From assembly GCA_036704125.1 (NCBI GenBank), contig DATNQI010000076.1:27157-91156 (forward strand): a stretch of 64,000 bases of DNA, in the 5' to 3' direction. This DNA is from Pantanalinema sp. (GTDB taxonomy: Bacteria > Cyanobacteriota > Sericytochromatia > S15B-MN24 > UBA4093). How positions within the stretch are numbered: the first letter of the stretch is position 1; every line of letters begins with the position of its first letter. Positions 37,206 to 46,164 of this stretch are shown in pieces. Below the pieces are notes generated by a model that had not been told where the DNA came from, did no database searches, and saw nothing but the letters and a program-made list of their open reading frames with translations. The translations under genes were made by a program, and so were the position numbers.

Positions 37206-39134
37206 TCAGTCGGCATGCTCGCGTAGGGGCAGCGTGAACCAGAAGGTACTGCCCTTGCCCAGCCCTTCGCTGCGCGCCCCGATCCGGCCTCCGTGGGCCT
37301 CCACGATGGCCTTGCAGATGCTCAGCCCCAGGCCGCTCCCGCCCGCGCTGCGGGTCATGCTCATGTCCAGCTGCATGAAGCGCCGGAAGAGCTTGGACAG
37401 GTCTTCGGCGGCGATGCCGATTCCCGTGTCGCTCACCTCGGTGACCAGCTCGGTGCCGTTCAGGTAGGCCCGGACAGCGATTTCACCGCCCGGGGCCGTG
37501 AACTTGCTGGCGTTCTCGACCAGGTTAGTCAGCACCTGGACGATCCGCTGACCGTCAATCTCGATCTCCCCCGGGACGGCGACGTCGCACGCGATGCGCT
37601 GCCCCTTCTCCTTGAGGATCGGTTCCAGGGTGTTGAGCACCTGGCTCACGATGGGCATGTAAAGCGTGGGCGCCGGGCTCAGGGTGAACGAGCCTGCCAC
37701 GATCCGGCTCACGTCGAGCAGGTTGTTGATCAGCACGAGCATCCGGTCGGCCCCGCTCATGATCTTGCCGAGGTAGGCACGCTGCTCGGAGGTAAGAGGA
37801 CCGGCGGTCTCGTCCTCGATGATGCTGGCGAAGCCCGTGATGAGGTTCAGGGGGGTTCGCAGCTCGTGGCTGATGACCGACAGGAACTCGTCCTTCATGC
37901 GGTCGGTCTCCTCCAGCACCTTGAGCCTCCCCTGGATCTCCTCGATGATCTTGCGCTGGGTGAGATCCCGGATGATCCGGGCGAATCCGACGTGCCGCCC
38001 CCGCTCGTCGAACATGGCGGTCGTCGTGACGTTGGCCAAGTAGCGCGTGCCGTCCTTCCGGACGCGCCACCCCTCTTCCTCGGCATTTCCCCTGCTCAAC
38101 GCCTCCTCGAGCACCCGTCTCGGCCTGCCCGCCTGGACGTCCTCGGGCGTGAACAGGATGTCGACGGGCTGCCCGAGGACCTCGGCCTCGTGGTAGCCGG
38201 TCGTCTTCGTCGCCCCCTCGTTCCAGGTGACGATGCGGCCGTCGGGGCCGATCATGAAGATCGCGTACTCCTTGACGCTCTTGACCATCAGCTCGAACTC
38301 GCGCCGTTGCAGGCGCCGCAGCCGCTCGATCTCTTGCTCGGCGCGCTTGCGCTCGGTGATGTCCCGGACGACCGCCATGACGTGGCCGCTGCCGGTGCTG
38401 AGGGGGCTCAGGCTCACCTCGATGGGAAGCTCGCTCCCGTCCTTGCGGCGGGCGCGGAGCTCGAGGCCGATCCCCATGGGGCGCATGCGGGCGTGCTCGG
38501 CGTAGTGCGTGCGGTCGGTGACGTGCTGCGTCCGGTATCGATCGGGGACCAGCAGCTCGATCCTACGTCCGATCAGCTCGTCCTGCCGGTAGCCGAAGGT
38601 GCGCTCGGCCTCGGGGTTGACCAGGACGATCACGCCGCGCGGGTCCACCAGGACGATCGAGTCGGGCGAGGCCTCGAGGATGCCTCGAAAGAGCGTCTCG
38701 CGCTCACGCAGCGAGTCGCTCAGCGCGACCTCTGCTTGCTTTTTGGCGGTGATGTCGTTGCAGATGACGGCTATCTCGTAGGGGGTCCCTGCTTCGTCCC
38801 GGCGCAAGATCCATCGGCTGGCGACGTCCATCGCGGAGCCGTCGCGCCTGAAGTGGAGCAGCTCCCCTTCCCACTGGCCCGTCCGGTGCAGGGCGCTCAT
38901 GACCTCCTCGAACGAGCTCGGGAAGCGCGTCCTCAGCAGGTGGTGGGCGACCTGCCCGATCACCTCGGCGCTCGACCAGCCGTAAAGCAGCTCGGCCCCA
39001 CGGTTCCAGAAGGTGATCCGGTTGCTCAGGTCGCGGACCGTCACGGCGTCGTGGATGACGTCGAGCAGCTCCGCACGGCGTCTCAACTGGTCATGAGCGG
39101 CCTCAGCGGCGCTATTCTCGGCTGAATCCGGCAT
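37206..39134 (-). CDS. sensor histidine kinase with three PAS domains (orphan)
   Basis: 642 aa. H-box ISHELRTPLN, an HATPase_c domain, and three PAS repeats. No response regulator is adjacent. Confidence 0.9.
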   Translation of the reverse strand: MPDSAENSAAEAAHDQLRRRAELLDVIHDAVTVRDLSNRITFWNRGAELLYGWSSAEVIGQVAHHLLRTRFPSSFEEVMSALHRTGQWEGELLHFRRDGSAMDVASRWILRRDEAGTPYEIAVICNDITAKKQAEVALSDSLRERETLFRGILEASPDSIVLVDPRGVIVLVNPEAERTFGYRQDELIGRRIELLVPDRYRTQHVTDRTHYAEHARMRPMGIGLELRARRKDGSELPIEVSLSPLSTGSGHVMAVVRDITERKRAEQEIERLRRLQRREFELMVKSVKEYAIFMIGPDGRIVTWNEGATKTTGYHEAEVLGQPVDILFTPEDVQAGRPRRVLEEALSRGNAEEEGWRVRKDGTRYLANVTTTAMFDERGRHVGFARIIRDLTQRKIIEEIQGRLKVLEETDRMKDEFLSVISHELRTPLNLITGFASIIEDETAGPLTSEQRAYLGKIMSGADRMLVLINNLLDVSRIVAGSFTLSPAPTLYMPIVSQVLNTLEPILKEKGQRIACDVAVPGEIEIDGQRIVQVLTNLVENASKFTAPGGEIAVRAYLNGTELVTEVSDTGIGIAAEDLSKLFRRFMQLDMSMTRSAGGSGLGLSICKAIVEAHGGRIGARSEGLGKGSTFWFTLPLREHAD

Positions 39135-39348
39135 GGGCGAGATCTCCCCACGACTGGCTGAGCAGGCCCTCCGTATTTTCCCAGGTCGGGCCGTTCATTA
39201 CAAAGGCTCATTGGCCGCCATGCATCGGGCCCCGCTTTGACATTCTCCCGCGATGCGGCTACGATGGCGCCGGTTTTGAAGGGCCGAGGGCTTCTGCCGG
39301 CGTGGGGCGTGCCGGACAGGGGCTTTTTCGTTATCGAGGGCACGAATC

Positions 39349-39729
39349 GTGTGGGAGCTGGTGTGGGTCGGGAGCGGCGGGTTCTTCGGGGCCATCAGCC
39401 GCTATGCGCTGGGGAACTGGATCGCCTCGAGGCTGGGGACGGCCTTCCCCTACGGGACGCTCCTCATCAACCTGACGGGCTGTCTGGCCCTCGGCTTCTT
39501 CGGGACGCTCGCGCTCCGGCGCGCCACCCTCATCCCGCCCGAAGCCCGGCTGCTCGTCGCCGTCGGCTTCCTGGGGGCCTACACCACCTTCTCGACCTTC
39601 GGCTTCGAGACCATCCGGCTGCTCGAGGAGAACAACCTCGCCCTGGCCTTCGCCTACGTCCTGGGCAGCGTCCTTGCCGGCTTGCTGACGACCTACCTCG
39701 GCGTCGTCGCGGCGCGCGCCCTCGGTTGA
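39349..39729 (+). CDS. crcB: fluoride ion channel CrcB/FluC
   Basis: GTG at 39349 has a gaggg RBS. The 126-aa protein is canonical CrcB (…GAISRY…TGCLALGF…GAYTTFSTF…). Confidence 0.9.
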   Translation: MWELVWVGSGGFFGAISRYALGNWIASRLGTAFPYGTLLINLTGCLALGFFGTLALRRATLIPPEARLLVAVGFLGAYTTFSTFGFETIRLLEENNLALAFAYVLGSVLAGLLTTYLGVVAARALG

Positions 39730-39744
39730 GACAGGAGGCACCCC

Positions 39745-40083
39745 ATGCACCTCGAAGGCCCCGGCAAGCTCCTGAGCATCTACCTCGGCGAAACCGACAA
39801 GTGGCACCACCAGCCCCTCTACGTGGCCATCATCGAGCGGGCGCGCCGTGAAGGCCTCGCCGGCGCGACCGTCCTGAGAGGCGAGGCCGGCTTCGGCGCC
39901 CACAGCCGGATCCACACGGCCCACCTCCTGACGCTCTCCACCGATCTGCCCGTCGTGATCCAGATCGTCGACTCCGCCGAGCGCATCGCGCGCTTCCGGC
40001 CGATCCTCGACGAGATGGTGCAGGAGGGGCTGGTGACCCTGCAGGACGTCGAGGTCGTGACCTACCGGCACCGCGACGCCTGA
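39745..40083 (+). CDS. DUF190 (PII-like) protein, the usual crcB partner
   Basis: 112 aa reading MHLEGPGKLLSIYLGETDKWHHQPLY… The gene sits directly downstream of crcB. Confidence 0.8.
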   Translation: MHLEGPGKLLSIYLGETDKWHHQPLYVAIIERARREGLAGATVLRGEAGFGAHSRIHTAHLLTLSTDLPVVIQIVDSAERIARFRPILDEMVQEGLVTLQDVEVVTYRHRDA

Positions 40084-40105
40084 CCAAACGGGCCCGCAGC
40101 GCGCT

Positions 40106-40918
40106 CTACTCGCCGCCCCGGCGCCAGAAGGGCCGCCAGAACTGCCGGTCCCCCGTGATCGAGGTGGGCAGGTCCGCCGAGGCGCCCAGCTTGGTGACGC
40201 GGAGGTTGTCGGGGTCGAGCCAGACCCGGATCCACGAGGTGTTGTTGCCGGTGTTGGTCTCGATGAACTTGCGCTGCGGATCCAGGATGATCAGGAGGTA
40301 GTACTCGCCTGCGGGCAAGCCGGCCACGTCGAGGTCCTGCTCCGGGACCTCGGCGCCGTAGACGTCCGCCCAGCCCACCGAGATGCCCTGCAGGTTGGGC
40401 TGGCACTCGGCGTAGCGGCGCACCACTCCGCCGGTCCCGTAGGGGATCGTGTCGGTCATGCAGAAGCTGACCTTGTCGGCCTGGCGCACGAGCGCTCCGG
40501 TGGGGCTGCCGCGCCTCAGCTCGTAGTTGCAGACGTCGTCGAGGTGGGTGTGCTGGTGGCTGGGGTGATAGACGAACTCGCCGACCATCCGGGTCTGCAC
40601 GATCTCTCCGGCGTCGTCCATGATCTCCTGGCTCGCGCTCGTCACCGCACCGCGGGGCACCGCCCTGATCTGGAAGTGGCCCGGCCCCGCGTTGCCGATG
40701 GTGTTGCTGAAGCGGAACTCGATCTTGCGCCCGTTGGGTTTGAGGTACTCGGAAGCCGCGGGCGTCGCGACGAGATCGGGGTAGCGGGCCGAGACCTCGG
40801 CGCTGATCTTGAGCAGGCCGCTCTTCGAGGAGAAGAGATCGCCTTGCTCGGCCTTGCTGCAGCCCCCGACCAGGAGTCCGACGCCCACGAGCGAAATCAT
40901 GACCTTCGCGGTCCTCAT
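40106..40918 (-). CDS. lysyl-oxidase-like (LOX copper-binding motif) lipoprotein
   Basis: Lipobox LVGGC. YHPSHQHTHLDD matches the LOX copper site WHSCHQHYHSMD (H-x2-H-Q-H-x-H). Confidence 0.55.
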   Translation of the reverse strand: MRTAKVMISLVGVGLLVGGCSKAEQGDLFSSKSGLLKISAEVSARYPDLVATPAASEYLKPNGRKIEFRFSNTIGNAGPGHFQIRAVPRGAVTSASQEIMDDAGEIVQTRMVGEFVYHPSHQHTHLDDVCNYELRRGSPTGALVRQADKVSFCMTDTIPYGTGGVVRRYAECQPNLQGISVGWADVYGAEVPEQDLDVAGLPAGEYYLLIILDPQRKFIETNTGNNTSWIRVWLDPDNLRVTKLGASADLPTSITGDRQFWRPFWRRGGE

Positions 40919-41281
40919 CCATGCTCTCCTTCACGAAAGAAAATCGTCCAGGGAACCCTGCTGGCGACCATCTAAGCGCAGCGCGAGCGATCCCATGAAG
41001 GCTGGAAGTGCTGAAGGATCGAGGGGTGAGCAATCAAGTGACCCGCGGAGGCGCGATCGCAAATGACGTAGATCCTACGGATTCTTCCACGCCCCGCTTC
41101 GTCTAGAATTTTCCCGCGGGACTTCGTGCTTTTTGACTTTGTTTCGCACAATCAATCGATCATCATCAGATCGTTGAGAAAATGATAATTTTTCATCAAA
41201 TCACGAAGCGCCGACCATCCCCCTGACGACAAGGGGATCCAGAGGGCCACTCGTCCCGGCCCGGTATCAGGAGCAGGTGGA

Positions 41282-42097
41282 ATGTTGTACCCAGGCACCC
41301 AGACACTCGAGCCCGTCCAGGAACCCGACCAGCTCATCGCCGAGGCGAAGGCCCAGATCAAGGCTTGCCGATCCTTCAAGTCCGGCAAGATCAACAAGTA
41401 CGCCCAGGTCGAGGGCGTCCGGGAGTACCCGAAGGGGCAGGCCCCCTTCGATCGCCAGGTCCACCACCACGACGACCGGGGCCGGGTGGTCTTCTTCGAG
41501 AAGTTCGTCCGCGAGTTCTCGAGGCCCTCGCTGCGGGTCTACCGCTACCGGGACGCGAGCCCGGAGATCGCGGACGCCATCTGGATCGATCGCTACGGCC
41601 GGATCGAGAACTACCACGTCTACCACTGCGACCCGGTCACGGGCCTGATGCTCTGGCGCGCGGAGTACGACATTCACGGCAACCTCTTCTACTCGATCCG
41701 CTCGGGGTACGACGCGCGATCGCAGCTGGTCGAGGAGTCGTGGTACGACCCGCAGAACCGGCTGCTCAAGCGCCACGGCTACACCTACGACGCCAAGGGG
41801 GAGCTTGCCTCCGAGCTGCACCACGACGCCCAGAACCGCCTGCGCGGCTTCAACGCCTTCTCCTACGACGCGCGGGGCAACCTGCTGGAGCGCCGGTGGC
41901 ACGACGGCCAGGGGACCTGCCGCAGCCGCTTCGTCTACACCATCGACAAGCAGGACCGGGTGGCCTCGCTCAAGCTGATCGGCCCCAGCGAGAAGCTCCA
42001 GGTCAAGCAGGACTTCACCTACGACGCGCAGAACAACGTGATCAAAGAGGTCTGGACCGACGAAAAGGGCGCCGTCGTCAAGGAGCTGCGCTTCTAG
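41282..42097 (+). CDS. hypothetical protein with YD-repeat-like motifs
   Basis: 271 aa with recurring Y(T)YDA(K/R/Q)GNL… motifs. An AT-rich promoter-like region precedes it (41100-41260). Confidence 0.5.
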   Translation: MLYPGTQTLEPVQEPDQLIAEAKAQIKACRSFKSGKINKYAQVEGVREYPKGQAPFDRQVHHHDDRGRVVFFEKFVREFSRPSLRVYRYRDASPEIADAIWIDRYGRIENYHVYHCDPVTGLMLWRAEYDIHGNLFYSIRSGYDARSQLVEESWYDPQNRLLKRHGYTYDAKGELASELHHDAQNRLRGFNAFSYDARGNLLERRWHDGQGTCRSRFVYTIDKQDRVASLKLIGPSEKLQVKQDFTYDAQNNVIKEVWTDEKGAVVKELRF

Positions 42098-42152
42098 GCA
42101 GGCCTGAACTCTCGTCAGAATCCGCACGAATCGACGAAAAGGAGCACGCGAT

Positions 42153-43418
42153 ATGGCCATCGACGGCGTCAACATCAACCCCCTGCAGAACCTCCCGCGC
42201 AACTCGGGCACCGGGCCGCTCACGGCCCCTGCCGAGGCACCAGCGACGGAAGCCCCCGGTGCTGCCCCCTCGGTGAGCGGCGACTCGAGCCAGTTCGGCA
42301 CCGTCGGCGCCGGATCCCAGCTCGGCCAGGCGGGTACGGTGGAGGGCCGCTTCTCCGAGGCGGTCGATCCCTTCTTCACCCCCGCCTACCACGAGGCCAA
42401 GGACATCACGCCCATCGTGGCGCCCGGGATCGAGGTCACCGCCCCCACCGATCCCCCCGCCGGCCCCAGCGCCGCCACGCCCACCCCGACCCCGACCGAG
42501 GTGCAGGCCCCGCCTACCACCAGGCCGCCCGAGACCGTCTCGATGCCGCCCGCCCCGCCCGCCCCGCCGCCCGAGCAGGTCATCGAGGTCGCGGGCTCGG
42601 GCATGGGCGCCGACAAGTCGTTCAAGATGTACCCGAGCGAGCTGGCTGCCGTGTACGCCATCCTCAAGCAGGGCGGCGTCATGTCCCTCGAGGAGATGCA
42701 GAAGCAGCTGAGCGAGAGCTACGGCATCGACACCAAGATCGAGAACGGCACCCTCATCAACACCGAGAACGGCCACGCCCTGATCGCCGACACCAACGGC
42801 AACGGCGCCCTGGACATGGGCGACATGAACTTCGAGGCGGCCCTGTCGGCGGCGGGCATCGACCCCAGCAGCATTCCGGGGCCCGGCGAGCACAAGAAGG
42901 TGGACGCTCTGGCCTACTGGTCCAACTACTGGGGCAATCAGCTCGTCAAGGAGATGGAGGGCAGCTCGGGAGGCCCCAGCGACACCCCCGAGGACAAGGG
43001 CCCCGCCAAGGCCGGCGGCGCCAAGACCCCGGTCGGCGGCCTGACCAAGGTCGGCGGGATCGGGGACGCCCAGCGCGACCTGAAGCTGATCGAGGTCAAG
43101 GGCGGCGACGACCTGTTCAAGATGTACGGCGTCGAGCTCTTCGCCATGTACGCCACCCTCAAGCAGGAGGGCAAGCCCGTCTCCCTCGATGAGCTCAAGG
43201 ACCTCCTGAAGAAGGAGGTGGGCATCGACTGCGACATCCAGCAGGTCAACGGCAAGGACACCCTGGTCAACAAGCTGACCGGCAACGCCCTGATCGCCGA
43301 CACCGACGGCAGCGGCAAGATCGACCTCAAGGACCTCAACTTCGAGGACACCCTGCGCGGGGCGGGCTACCACCCCGAGGACGTCCCCGCCAAGGCCCCC
43401 GAAAGCACCGCGAAGTAG
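42153..43418 (+). CDS. hypothetical protein: Pro-rich N-terminus plus two tandem ~110-aa repeats each carrying an EF-hand-like loop
   Basis: aaggag RBS. Repeats are DKSFKMYPSELAAVYAILKQ…DTNGNGALDMGD and DDLFKMYGVELFAMYATLKQ…DTDGSGKIDLKD (canonical 12-residue EF-hand loop). Confidence 0.6.
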   Translation: MAIDGVNINPLQNLPRNSGTGPLTAPAEAPATEAPGAAPSVSGDSSQFGTVGAGSQLGQAGTVEGRFSEAVDPFFTPAYHEAKDITPIVAPGIEVTAPTDPPAGPSAATPTPTPTEVQAPPTTRPPETVSMPPAPPAPPPEQVIEVAGSGMGADKSFKMYPSELAAVYAILKQGGVMSLEEMQKQLSESYGIDTKIENGTLINTENGHALIADTNGNGALDMGDMNFEAALSAAGIDPSSIPGPGEHKKVDALAYWSNYWGNQLVKEMEGSSGGPSDTPEDKGPAKAGGAKTPVGGLTKVGGIGDAQRDLKLIEVKGGDDLFKMYGVELFAMYATLKQEGKPVSLDELKDLLKKEVGIDCDIQQVNGKDTLVNKLTGNALIADTDGSGKIDLKDLNFEDTLRGAGYHPEDVPAKAPESTAK

Positions 43419-43427
43419 GACCCTACC

Positions 43428-43712
43428 ATGCTGAAGCTACTGACCCAAGACGAAGTGAAGGCGCGCATCAAGCGCCTCGGTGAGCTCGTGGAGCGCGAGT
43501 ACGCCCTCAAGGAGCGCCTGATCGGCCTCAAGCTGAGCGGCCCGCGCGACCACGTGCTCGAGGCCCGCAAGGAGCACGACGCCATCCTGGCCGAGATCGA
43601 CCGGCTGCGCCTGGAGGAGCAGCTGCCCGTGATGGCCGAGCTCTCGGACTTCAACAAGGCCGCCGAGCTCTTCCTCGGCGTCAACGCCCACCTCAAGCGG
43701 AAGCTGCAATGA
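43428..43712 (+). CDS. small (94-aa) charged, predicted coiled-coil protein translationally coupled to the radical SAM gene
   Basis: Its stop overlaps the radical SAM ATG (ATGA at 43709-43712). Composition is real-looking (K/E/L-rich). Confidence 0.5.
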   Translation: MLKLLTQDEVKARIKRLGELVEREYALKERLIGLKLSGPRDHVLEARKEHDAILAEIDRLRLEEQLPVMAELSDFNKAAELFLGVNAHLKRKLQ

Positions 43713-45583
43713 GCGATCCCGGCGCCCGGCACGAGGGGCGCGCCCCGCGCGTCCTGCTGATCTTCCCTCCCCAGTGGTCCCCCCAGAACCCGCACTACTC
43801 GCTGCGGACCCTGATGGGCCACCTGCGGGCCAACGGCGTCGAGGTCGCCGTGCGCGACCTCAACGTCGAGTACTACGACCAGATGCTCAGCCCGGAGACC
43901 CTCTCGATGGCGCTCTCCCGGCTGCGGCTGGACTACGAGTACCTGGGCACCCGCAGCACCCTGCGCATGCTGGGAGGGGACGACTGCATCGACGCGCGGC
44001 TCGACGCCCTGCGCGCCAAGGCCATCCGGGACTACGTGGACGAGAAGGGGCCGCTGCTGGAGCAGCTGCCCCGGGTCATCCTGGACGCCAAGGAGACCCT
44101 CAAGGACCCCCGGCGCTTCTACAACCCCGACATGCTGATCGAGGCCTTCCAGACCATCGACCAGGCCCTCGAGCTGATCTCCATGCCGTACTACCCGGCG
44201 CACCTGAGCTTCAACTACTTCGAGCAGCCGGACATCCGGCTGAACCTCGAGAGTCTGACGGCGATCGCCTCCGATGCCAAGCGCAACCTCTTCTACAACT
44301 TCTTCGAGCGCCAGCTTGAAGACCTGCTCTCGATCGAGGCCGACTACGTGGGCATCTCGATCAGCTCCTTCTCGCAGGTGGTGCCCGGGCTGACGCTCGC
44401 GCGCCTGCTCAAGCAGGCCGCCCCCGAGGGATGCCACATCGGGATCGGCGGCAACTTCTTCTCCCGGCTCAAGGACGTGCTCCTGGAGAAGCCCGCGTTC
44501 TTCGAGACCTTCGCCCACAGCCTGGCGCTCGGCGAGGGCGAGGACCAGCTGGTCCAGCTCTCCGAGATCCTGGCCGAGGGCAAGGACCTGGCCCTTGCTC
44601 CCAACCTCCTGTACCTGAGCGAGGACGGCACGGTCAAGGAGACCAAGAAGCAGGCCGTCCCCCGCATGGACAAGACCGGCATCCAGGACCTCGCCGGCCT
44701 GCCCCTCGACAAGTACCTGACCCCGGAGCTGGTGCTGACCATCCAGGCGAGCAAGGGATGCTACTGGGGCCAGTGCACCTTCTGCGACACCGACTTCGGC
44801 ATCCAGGTGGACACCAAGACCCTGGACAGGCTGGTCGCCGAGATCCGTCACCTGCGCGACACGTACGGGGTGCGGCACTTCCAGTTCGTCGACGAGGCCA
44901 TCCGGCCGGTCTACATGCGCCGCATGGCCCAGCGCTTCATCGACGAAGAGCTCGACATCGAGTGGTTCTGCAACGGGCGACTGGAGAAGGCCATCACGCC
45001 CGATCTGCTTCAGCTCTTGCACCGCTCGGGGCTGAGGATGGTGCTGTGGGGCTTCGAGTCGGGCTCGGCGCGGATCCTGGATCTGATCAAGAAGGGGATC
45101 GACCCGGAGAAGCGGTTCGACATCCTGAAGGCCTCGACCGAGGCGGGGGTCTGGAACTTCGCCTACATCTTCTTCGGCTTCCCCACCGAGACCCTGGAGG
45201 AGGCACGCAGCACCATCGACGCCATCACCTCCAACACCGACATCATCCACTCTTACGGCCGCTCGGTGTTCACCCTCGGCAAGCAGAGCCCGCTGTACCT
45301 GGACGCCGAGGAGCTCGGCATCGTGGACATCGTGGAGGACAGCGAGGAGCTGTCCACCAACCTTCATTACCGCATGAGCAAGGGCATGACCCCCGCCGAG
45401 CTGAAGGGTGTCCTCAAGGAGTGCACCCAGCGCAGCGGCGAGGCCTACCAGTACGCGCTGTGGTTCTTCCTGCGCTACCGGGAGAACATCCACCTCTACC
45501 TGTCCCGCTTCGGGCTGGACCACGTCCGCAACTACAAGCTGACGCGCTTCGCCATCCCGACGACCTGCGAGGAAGTGTTCTAG
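43709..45583 (+). CDS. B12-binding-domain radical SAM protein (class B-like) with atypical CX4CX2C cluster motif
   Basis: 624 aa. The N-terminus VLLIFPPQW is a cobalamin-binding Rossmann fold. Cluster motif CYWGQCTFCD, then a radical-SAM TIM-barrel-like region and a long C-terminal extension. Confidence 0.8.
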   Translation: MSDPGARHEGRAPRVLLIFPPQWSPQNPHYSLRTLMGHLRANGVEVAVRDLNVEYYDQMLSPETLSMALSRLRLDYEYLGTRSTLRMLGGDDCIDARLDALRAKAIRDYVDEKGPLLEQLPRVILDAKETLKDPRRFYNPDMLIEAFQTIDQALELISMPYYPAHLSFNYFEQPDIRLNLESLTAIASDAKRNLFYNFFERQLEDLLSIEADYVGISISSFSQVVPGLTLARLLKQAAPEGCHIGIGGNFFSRLKDVLLEKPAFFETFAHSLALGEGEDQLVQLSEILAEGKDLALAPNLLYLSEDGTVKETKKQAVPRMDKTGIQDLAGLPLDKYLTPELVLTIQASKGCYWGQCTFCDTDFGIQVDTKTLDRLVAEIRHLRDTYGVRHFQFVDEAIRPVYMRRMAQRFIDEELDIEWFCNGRLEKAITPDLLQLLHRSGLRMVLWGFESGSARILDLIKKGIDPEKRFDILKASTEAGVWNFAYIFFGFPTETLEEARSTIDAITSNTDIIHSYGRSVFTLGKQSPLYLDAEELGIVDIVEDSEELSTNLHYRMSKGMTPAELKGVLKECTQRSGEAYQYALWFFLRYRENIHLYLSRFGLDHVRNYKLTRFAIPTTCEEVF

Positions 45584-45587
45584 CGCG

Positions 45588-46043
45588 CTACTTGTGGAAC
45601 ACCGTGGGCAGCTCCACCGCCGGGACGTGGAACTGGCCGGCCGCCACCCCCGCGATGTGCTTGCAGGGGGTGTTCGGCGATCGCTCCATGCGATCCACCC
45701 TCTCCTTGTAGGTCCGCAGGTTGTCGCGGAAGGCGACCAGCTCCGCGATGCGCCGGTCGAGCTCGACAAGGCGCGCGTCGAGCAGGTGGCTCACGTGGTC
45801 GCACGGCGCCTCGCCCGCGCCCCATGCCATCACGATGTCCTTGATGTCGTGCAGGGAGAGGCCCAGCGCCTTGGCCCCCAGGATGAAGCGCATGCGCTCC
45901 GCGTCGGACTCGACGTAGAGGCGATAGCCCGACTCCGAGCGCTGCGGCTCGGATAGCAACCCCAGCGACTCGTAGTAGCGGATGGTCTTGGGGTTCACCC
46001 CGACCCGCTTGGCCAGCTCCCCGATGAACAAGCCCCCTTCCAT
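45588..46043 (-). CDS. cueR: MerR-family metal-responsive regulator (CueR-like)
   Basis: HTH GELAKRVGVNPKTIRYYESLGLL, a dimerisation helix and C-terminal Cys residues. It is divergent from copA, with a CueR box in between. Confidence 0.8.
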   Translation of the reverse strand: MEGGLFIGELAKRVGVNPKTIRYYESLGLLSEPQRSESGYRLYVESDAERMRFILGAKALGLSLHDIKDIVMAWGAGEAPCDHVSHLLDARLVELDRRIAELVAFRDNLRTYKERVDRMERSPNTPCKHIAGVAAGQFHVPAVELPTVFHK

Positions 46044-46091
46044 GCTTTTCCCTCCTCGGCCCCGGTCGCATAATGGACGGCGCGCTCCCCC

Positions 46092-46125
46092 TTGACCTTC
46101 CAGTCAACTGGAAAGAGTACCTTGG
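46092..46125 (+). promoter_or_regulatory. CueR-type promoter/operator of copA
   Basis: TTGACCTTCCAGTcaACTGGAAagagTACCTT. The -35 is TTGACC. The dyad CTTCCAGT/ACTGGAAG lies in a long spacer. Confidence 0.6.
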
Positions 46126-46164
46126 AGTCGTTGCCCCCGCAAGCCGCCGTGAAAGGAATCCGCC

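Noticed and set aside
39135-39348. Fluoride riboswitch upstream of crcB
   Set aside because: The leader was searched by eye for the crcB-motif core and pseudoknot elements and no convincing match was found. Left as an open check (cmsearch), not annotated.
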